DNA of 64,000 nt from Eledone cirrhosa (Eukaryota), in the NCBI GenBank assembly GCA_964016885.1, contig OZ024742.1:263996001-264060000 (forward strand), read 5' to 3'. Below the pieces are notes generated by a model. It saw only the letters and a list, made by a program, of their open reading frames with translations. It was not told where the DNA came from and searched no databases. A program made the translations under genes and the position numbers. This document shows positions 52,685-64,000 of this stretch, in pieces (positions within the stretch are counted from its first letter, which is position 1; each line of letters starts with the position of its first letter).

Positions 52685-53095
52685 ACCGGCTGGGGCTGGG
52701 AAGGGAAGCCTGCAGCGTCCAAGCCATGCTTAATGACCTCGTTGAGGGCAGCATGTCGTGAAATGCGGCCGGCACTGTGGCGATAGGAAAGCGGGTGGAG
52801 GCCGAAAGAGTCCACGGTGGAACCGCAGCGACATTGGTGTGGCTGGCAGATCCGGAGGCCGAGCCTCAGGGAAACGCCGATTCGCAGGCTATGGTTGTCT
52901 AGCTGCGTGCCAGTGGAGAAGGGGGGCAGGGCATGGAGCCAGGCACCACTGTGGGGTTTGGAAGCCGCACGAAAACAAGCAAGGCGGTGCTGGTCGAGCT
53001 GGCGCGTGAGCCTGTCTGAGGCCAGGCTGCACTGGATGGCATCCCAAGTGCGTTGGGGGGGGGGGGGACTTCGCGTCAACAGGGGGAAAGCCATG
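52685..53095 (-). mobile_element. CRE-clade-like RLE retrotransposon fragment (post-RT zinc-finger region)
   Basis: HSGAWLHALP...LDNHSLRIGVSLRLG...CRCGSTVDSFGLHPLSY...RISRHAALNEVI...AGFPS matches the recalled CRE C-terminal pattern. Confidence 0.75.
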
Positions 53096-53269
53096 TCATT
53101 AGAATGAACCCTTCATTCTTGCTCTTGTGTTGGCATGTAAACAGAACTGCAGACATTAATGTTACTGGGTATCATCCCTTCATCAGTACAGCTCACTGTA
53201 CACCTGCCAACTGTAAAGAGCTAGTGAAAATATATGCTATTTTCTAAAATATACAATGACTGATCGGCC

Positions 53270-53444
53270 TGATTCGCATATTAGCAGACTGGCTGATCAG
53301 TCGGATCTACATATTAGCAGATCCACTGATCAGCCAAATTTGCATAACAGCAGACTGGGCAGTCAGTTTCCTGTATACAAGCGATAAATGGCCGGCTTTG
53401 GACTGAGGAAGCTCATCCAATTAGACTGAGGAAACTGTTTTCCA
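53270..53444 (+). ncRNA. Three ~33-bp tandem repeats followed by a degenerate hammerhead (53399-53444)
   Basis: Repeats approximate catattagcagactggctgatcagtc. Then tgga-CTGAGGA-a gctca...tgag-GAAA-ctgt-T-T-tcca. Confidence 0.55.
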
Positions 53445-53724
53445 TTGTCGGTCGGAAATCCAGCCAGAAAAATAAAATATCTACATATATTTAAATATAT
53501 CCGCCACACATATATATACATTTCTTTTTACTGTAACTGATGTTATTGTTCTTATTGTTGTCATAATTTTTGTTGTGATTATTGTAATGGCATTTGCTGA
53601 TCATAAATTATTAATATCATTTTATGGATTATTAACAGGTGATATTTGAAAACAATTGTGCAATGTTTATGAGTATATATGCATATATATGTAAGCACTT
53701 TTAGGTGTGTTAATATATGCATGC

Positions 53725-53840
53725 CATCATCAACATCATCATCATCATCATCATCATGATCATCATCATGATCATCATCATCATCATCCTCACCATCATC
53801 ATCATCATCATCATCACCACCATCATCATCATCCTCATCA
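53725..53840. repeat. (CAT)n microsatellite
   Basis: Directly visible. Confidence 0.95.
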
Positions 53841-54629
53841 AAGTCATGCGTCCGAGCATTGCTGATGTGTATATTTTAGCGAACAGCTGTTGTCACGTGC
53901 AAGACGGATCAGGCTTACGGTTGAGTCTATCATGAAAATCGCTTCAGTATTTCTTTCACCAGATCAACTGGCAGTTTCCCCCACGCTAGTGGCTATGCTG
54001 AAATAATTACGTGGTGGATGCGACTGAGTCGGTTGAATGCAGACACGTTTTCGCTTCAGCGAACTCTCCATAGACATTTTCAAATTCCACTTGGAAAGGA
54101 AGATGAGAGTGTAGAGGGAAGTGCTGCTCTCTTCTAAAGTCTTCAAATGGTGAATAACAGTGGTGAGCATTTGCTGAACGAATGGGCCTATTTTCAGTAT
54201 GCATTTGTAGGCTGGGGGAAGGATAGTGGGAAGAGGCCACATACACTTGGTTGTCAGGAGAATCTAAGATATTCCTTGATTGGCTTTAGATGCTAGAGGC
54301 CTCTAGGAATATTACAGAATTTTGTATCCACTTACATTTTTACTAGTTTCAGTCACTGGACTGCGGCCATGCTGGAGGCAACACCTTCAACGGTTTAGCC
54401 AGTCATATAACCCTAGTACATATTTAGAATAGGGAGTATATGTATGTGTGTGTATTGGATCTCCGTCGATTGCGATGAGGAGTGTTGCAGTTGTTTGATC
54501 AATGGGACAGCCAACTCTTGAAATTAACGTGCAAGTGCCCACACATTTCACAGCCAGGTGTATCTTTAAAATAGATCCCAGGGAGTTTCAATGTGACAAG
54601 GTCTGCACTTTGAATTACAGGCACAACTA

Positions 54630-55040
54630 ATGTTTTCTAGCTTAATTATCCACCACAGTAATACCAGACTTTCTATGCTGAATAATTCTATCTGTTTGAA
54701 CCATAAAATCATGCAAAATTTTGTAATTGTCATTTTCAATGATCTTTTGGTTTATACCGATATAATTTTTGAACAGTTAGAAAGCCGCACTTTCGACTTC
54801 AGCACTTGTGAAGTAGTTTGCATACATTATTGTGATATCTTTTGTAATCCTTTTTCACGATCATTGTGCGAGGCAGTTTCAACCTCATTCCCTATCCACC
54901 TTACATGTCTCTAAAGCTACCTGATTGTAAATGTTATGCCTTTCTGAGTTTGAGATTGTATTCTTCAGTAGTCATAATCAAACATTCTGATTCCCACTTC
55001 GAATTTCCTCTAATTAGCTAATCTCATGATTTGCTTTTCC
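54630..55040 (-). mobile_element. Old R4/Dong-type RLE fragment
   Basis: Manual translation DFMVQTDRIIQHRKSGITVVDN matches WDFRIQTD...RPDLVVVD. Confidence 0.55.
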
Positions 55041-55044
55041 TAAA

Positions 55045-55997
55045 CTCCTGGGTCAAGCGAAGACCGAGAGGGAGCGCTTGGAGACTGTGGTCGGTGGAAA
55101 CTCCACCTTGGTGTTCTATAGAGGATTAGTGGAGTGGAAGAGCGACGACGTACTTGGGGAAACTCTAGGCGTCGACGAAAATCAACTAGTCAATCCCTTT
55201 GGATGAATTTTCGGGCCGGGGCCTATAGACAACTTCCAGAAATCCCTGGCCTGGCAGTGCTACCGAGGAGCTTGGAAGCATGGAGGTGCCGTCAGCCGGG
55301 CATGTCCGAGATGCGCGCCGGGCGACGAAACCGTCCTGCACGTCCAGTGTCCGAGTATTGCTGACTTGTGGGATTATGTCGAACACCTTATGTCGCGTGT
55401 AGGACGGATCCAGCCATCAGCTGAGTCCATCGTGATGATTGCCCCGCCCTCTTCCTTTAGCCGGGAAGGGCAGGCAATTTTTATCTTTCTTGCGGCCATG
55501 GCGAAAGAGATAGTATGGTGGACACGTTTGAAAGGGCTGAAGACGAGCACTTACTTCTTCGGTGATGCCCTCATTAACTTTTTCAAATTTCATTTGAAAA
55601 GGAAAATCAGGGTAGAGAGGGGAGTGCTCCCTTCCCAGCATTTTGTTGAAAGATGGGTGAGAGAGGCAAGCATGGCCCGAATGAATACTCTGAGTATGTG
55701 TCTGTAAAATAAAGGTGGACAACTGGGAGAGGGCACTTGCCCTGGTGGTCAGGGTCACTGTGACTTTTTAATGGGCTTTCTCCACGAATGTCCCTCAGAA
55801 GTCTCCCCCCTATTGGGGAATTTTTCATTGTTATTTTTTTGTTACATCCTCTGTTTTTGTTTTTTACACGCAGAAATGCCCATTTGTACCGTCCTGTATT
55901 GTCCTGTATTGTCCTTAATGACTACTTTATGTAAACCCTTGTGGTTAATAAAGAAAGCATTATTATTATTATTATTATTATTAGTAGTAGTAGTAGT
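55045..55997 (+). mobile_element. Tx1/L1-type 3' fragment
   Basis: Closely similar to the reverse complement of 45150-45960; AATAAA and (ATT)n tail. Confidence 0.9.
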
Positions 55998-56423
55998 TTC
56001 TCTTATGATGAATGGTATGTTTTCCTAACTGTCAGCAGAGCGTGACGAGAACAAATGACACAAAATAAAAGACTTGTGATGGCTGCTTTCATTTCCATGG
56101 AGGGTAATAAAAAAAAAAAGGGAAAGAAAAACAAATTGGAAATTGAAACTCTTTCCATTAGAAATTATTTTCTTTCGTTCTATCTTTTTTGTTCCAAGCA
56201 CCTTCAACAACCCTGTTAAAAATATCTTATTTCACGCATTCATTCATATATTTATTTACCATGCAGTGGCGGTGAGCGAGAAACGTTGATAAATTATAAA
56301 CGCCATCTCGTCGACAGCCATGTTAAATGTATTATGCAGTGTAATGTTTTTTTACCAGATAATATGAAAACCAATATGTATCTTTCATTCAAATATTCAC
56401 TCTTTACTTCTCTTTCTCCGTAC

Positions 56424-56582
<159 letters not shown>

Positions 56583-56752
56583 TTAATAAAATGTTACAGT
56601 ATTGTAAAAGAGGATAGGAAGAAGAGATATAAAGAGATGCAATACAGAGTATTACATGCCAAAAGCGGGTGCGTGAGTGCCGATGCTTGGGTTAACACGG
56701 TTAAATATTAGAGAAAATTAATATTTAGTATACAGGATTAAGCAGAGCGGTG

Positions 56753-58208
56753 ATAGGCAAAATAATTAATGAAAGAGTTACAAGCTGTTAAATCATATCT
56801 TTATAAAGCTCTTACACATGTTTCGCCCAATGGAGCTCGTCTGAGGCAGACATTAAGGCAAAGTTTTAATTATATACCCTATTCGGATAAAATAATCATT
56901 TTACATCACAGTGCATATTAAATATATATTGCTATGGGGTCGGCTAGATTAGGTGTAGTGGAATAGGAAATTTTACGTTATTCTTATTGAGGATTTTTCT
57001 GTATCTGTGGTTTGGTGGAAAGTTTCTCTCTAAGGCGTCGAAAAAGATGCTGGGTAAATTGGAGGCCACACTCCGAGAGTAGAGGGATGGAACCATAGGA
57101 CATTACGGTGGCGATTACGCGTAGTTATGGGGTTACTACGGGTGTTATTGTCTTGGTGGGTGTTCCTATCAAGGCTATAGGGCTGCTGTATAATGTGTGC
57201 TCTGTTGGCGTTATGCCTTAGTGCACAAACACCCCCAGTGCGGCGGTTCAGAGTTACCCTAGGTGGGTTAGAAGGTGTAGGTAATAAACCGTCATCTTTA
57301 TTGAGCTTGTAAGCGGGGAATAATTCCAGTAGGCTGCAGTTACTACTATAATCAGGCGGACCATGATGGTATGGGTATGGTAAGATACCCGTCCCGCTAG
57401 CTTTATGGTTAAGATGCGGGCCGTAGCCAGTGGCATTATTAGCTCTTCTGGTACTTTTTACGCTTGTAGGGCCCTTGTGGCGTTGGTTATAGGTATCGCT
57501 CGCTATAACACTGGTCCTACATGAGCGGGCTTTATAGAACCTGTGTGTTGGAGGTATGAAATTTTGCTGCTATAACCTGAATCAGCCAATGCCTTGTTAT
57601 AATAAACAGGAGTTTGGTTGAAGAGGTCTTCATTAGCAGAAAGCCTCGAGATTCTATGTGAGATGCTATACACGATAGAGTTGAGCGTAGATTTAGGGTG
57701 GTTAGAGGGATAGTTGATGTAGGAAAGGACCTCACCAGGCTTGTGGTATGGTCTGTATAAGCCGGTACCTAATTCTAACGTAACATCTAAGAAATTAACT
57801 ATATTATGGTTGTGGTCGGTAGTTACAGAGAGGCCGTATGATTTAAAGAACTTGTGTATATGTTTATTAAGGTTTGCTATCCTACGGGGGCTATGGTTCT
57901 TTACGGTAAATAGGGTATCGTCCCTATATACACCTCCTGAGGTCATTAGTTAGAGGAGAAACGTTATACTAGCACCGGTAATTACCTCCCTTAGCATACT
58001 AATCTCTTCTCGCCGTGTTTTATACTTAACCACGTATATTTAATATGCACTGTGATGTAAATTTATTATTTTATCCGAATAGTGTATATAATTAAAACTT
58101 TGCTTTAATATCTGCCTCAGACGAGCCCCATTGGGCGAAACATGTGTAAGAGCTTTATAAAGATATGATTTAACGGCTTGTAACTCTTTCATTAATTATT
58201 TTGCCTAT
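56753..58208 (-). mobile_element. Truncated PLE with ~175-bp inverted terminal repeats, each with a hammerhead-like motif (56808-56847 minus; 58114-58153 plus)
   Basis: ORF 57503-57946 has GGVYRDDTL...VNFLDVTLEL...YRPYHKP...YINYPSNHP. Repeats at 56753-56928 and 58035-58208. Motif CAGACGA-gccc catt gggc-GAAA-catgtg-T-A-agagc (U4 changed to A). Confidence 0.85.
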
Positions 58209-58251
58209 ATATATGTTTATATATACATTGAAATAGTTGAAAATTAAAACA

Positions 58252-58333
<82 letters not shown>

Positions 58334-58338
<5 letters not shown>

Positions 58339-59296
58339 GAAGAGAGAAGAAACATTTAGATATAATTGGTAATAAAATGTATCATACCTAAACTGCTCCT
58401 AAATTCCTCGACTACGTAGTTTCGTGGCATAAACAAAAACAATATATCAAAGATATAGAGTCCTTGCGAGGTCTGCCAACTTATCAAGAGGATACCTCAT
58501 TTTACTAGTCTCAAGAACGCGTCTACACGACGTGAGAAAGAATCCCAAAAGGCGGAGGGGGAGATAGTCACGCGATATAACGGTCGAGAAACAGAGCTAA
58601 GCCTCCTATAACCACGAAGAAAATACCACGGAGGCGGAGGGGGTATTCATATCGAGGCCGCAGAAGAGGTAGTGAAGAAGGCGAGAAGTACGAGTAATGG
58701 AAGCTTTCCAGTTGTCCCCACACTTCAAAGATTGCTCGACCAGAGGGAGTTATTAATATATTTAGAAACACACAGATACATGCGGACACACACATATATA
58801 CATGAACTGCGGCCTCGATATGAATACCCCCTCCGCCTCCGTGGTATTTTCTTCGTGGTTATAGGAGGCTTAGCTCTGTTTCTCGACCGTTATATCGCGT
58901 GACTATCTCCCCCTCCGCCTTTTGGGATTCTTTCTCACGTCGTGTAGACGCGTTCTTGAGACTAGTAAAATGAGGTATCCTCTTGATAAGTTGGCAGACC
59001 TCGCAAGGACTCTATATCTTTGATATATTGTTTTTGTTTATGCCACGAAACTACGTAGTCGAGGAATTTAGGAGCAGTTTAGGTATGATACATTTTATTA
59101 CCAATTATATCTAAATGTTTCTTCTCTCTTCATAATGTATTTTTAACTCTGATACTGGTTCAGTCTGGTTCAAACTGAATTGGTCTGTCCCAGTCATTCA
59201 TTGAGCAACATCGGTGAAGTTGGCACCCTTAACTCGCAGTTGGGTGCGGATGCATTCATGTATATATGTGTGTGTCCGCATGTATCTGTGTGTTTC

Positions 59297-59305
<9 letters not shown>
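58334..59305. mobile_element. Non-coding nested inverted-repeat element carrying two hammerheads
   Basis: 58334-58663 is the reverse complement of 58807-59136, with no mismatch seen. 58757-58806 is the reverse complement of ~59255-59304. Confidence 0.85.
58978..59065 (+). ncRNA. Type I hammerhead, U3-A8 variant with enlarged stem II (mirror copy at 58405-58492, minus)
   Basis: tcctc-TTGATAA-gttggca...44 nt...tgccac-GAAA-ctacgtag-T-C-gagga. Confidence 0.8.
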
Positions 59306-59333
<28 letters not shown>

Positions 59334-59379
59334 TTTTTTAATTTTCAACTATTTAAATGTCCAACATCATCAAAATAAA

Positions 59380-62900
<3,521 letters not shown>

Positions 62901-62949
62901 AATAGACTTTTGATCATTCGACCAATTTGCAAATAAACGAAATAAAGAT

Positions 62950-63050
62950 AAAACGATAAAATAAAGTACCAGTAACACATTGGAATCGATTTAGTCGACT
63001 TTCCTCCCTTCCCTTCAAATTGCTGGCCTTGTGCCAAAAGTAGAAACAAT
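62950..63050 (+). mobile_element. Partial SINE (long variant)
   Basis: cgataaaataaagtaccag...gctggccttgtgccaaaagtagaaacaatt. Confidence 0.75.
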
Positions 63051-63094
63051 TCCTTTTTTTACTCACCAATTCGTTTCTGTTTTGCTGGAGTGAA

Positions 63095-64000
63095 TCCCAC
63101 AGTCTTAGGTATCTAGCACTTTTCTTGTGGTTTTTGTTGTGTCAAGCAAAAGTGTTTTCTGCAGAGTCAGTAAATATTCGAAATTCAACATCTCGATATT
63201 CAACTTCTTGACACGTCCCCTATGGCTTTTATTAAGATTGGGATGATAACAACTTTACGGCAACTCCGAATTCTCTGAATTTCGTACTGTAGTTCCTGGT
63301 ATTTTTCTATGTCCTCACAAACAGACGAAGCAACATCGATTAAACAACACATCCTTTCCTCTTAATTGGGAGTAACAATATTTGTGTGTGAATGCTCCAT
63401 ATGCCTATCGTTTGAATTTCCATATCCCTTAATACCGTTAAATGGTTCTTTTCAAAGACAGATCCTGCTTCGTGATCATACCATGCTCAAATCCAAATAT
63501 TTTTCAATGTAATATTGTTGCAGCTTTGTCATTCCACTAATTCTTATAACTCTTTTAAGCAAGCAGTGCATATATCTCACATTTGAAGACTACATGCACG
63601 ACTAACGCTTCTCTTTCATCACACAGTCTACATACCGCCGAGATGTCTCTTGTACCTATATTCATTCTAATGTATCTCATTTTGAGTGCTTGATTCTGCA
63701 TCGCTAAGATTAACTTTCTTCAAAGCTCATTTTTTTAAACCAATGATTTCTCCTTTCGATACACTATAGTATTTTCAAGAAGCAAAAAAAACAAACATGT
63801 AAATCTATCCTTCAATTCATATCATAGCTTTCTAGTTCTGAAGACTTAATTGTTTTTTTTTTAATTTCTTTACTTAACTGCCCCTTTCTCCGTGCACCTA
63901 TTGAATTCGCCCTATCCCTGCGAGCAACATTATTCTTTAAACTCTCTACCCGAATTTTTACATAACTGTCCTCCTATATGTTAAAATATAATCTGTCAAC
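63095..64000 (-). mobile_element. Old R4/Dong-type 3' fragment
   Basis: Manual translation WYDHEAGSVFEKN...SCRKVVIIPILIKAIG...LQKTLLLDTTKTTRKVLDT* parallels the C-terminus of 18236-19495. Confidence 0.65.

Noticed and set aside
53270-53370. CRISPR-like array
   Set aside because: Contiguous degenerate tandem repeats without unique spacers, in a eukaryotic context with no cas genes.

Overview
AT-rich eukaryotic DNA made almost entirely of repeats. No host protein-coding gene, rRNA, tRNA gene or CRISPR array could be supported. The tRNA-derived SINE family and dense (TA)n/(CA)n/(TAA)n microsatellites suggest an octopod cephalopod (inference from recall). Contents: (1) R4/Dong-type RLE retrotransposons, including a near-intact copy with one nonsense codon lying head-to-tail with a second full-length copy across a (TAA)n tract; (2) many decayed or internally deleted Tx1/L1-clade LINEs stacked at (TAA)n/(TTA)n tracts; (3) at least six Penelope-like (RT/GIY-YIG) remnants, some with inverted terminal repeats; (4) a CRE-type fragment, about a dozen SINE copies and a foldback MITE. 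The most notable signal is about 17 type I hammerhead-ribozyme motifs, found by eye. They include three non-coding retrozyme-like elements: a 320-bp tandem unit, a 449-bp tandem unit and a nested inverted-repeat element. Two of these carry the compensatory U3-A8 core variant (TTGATAA). Boundaries of decayed elements are approximate and no ribozyme activity has been tested.
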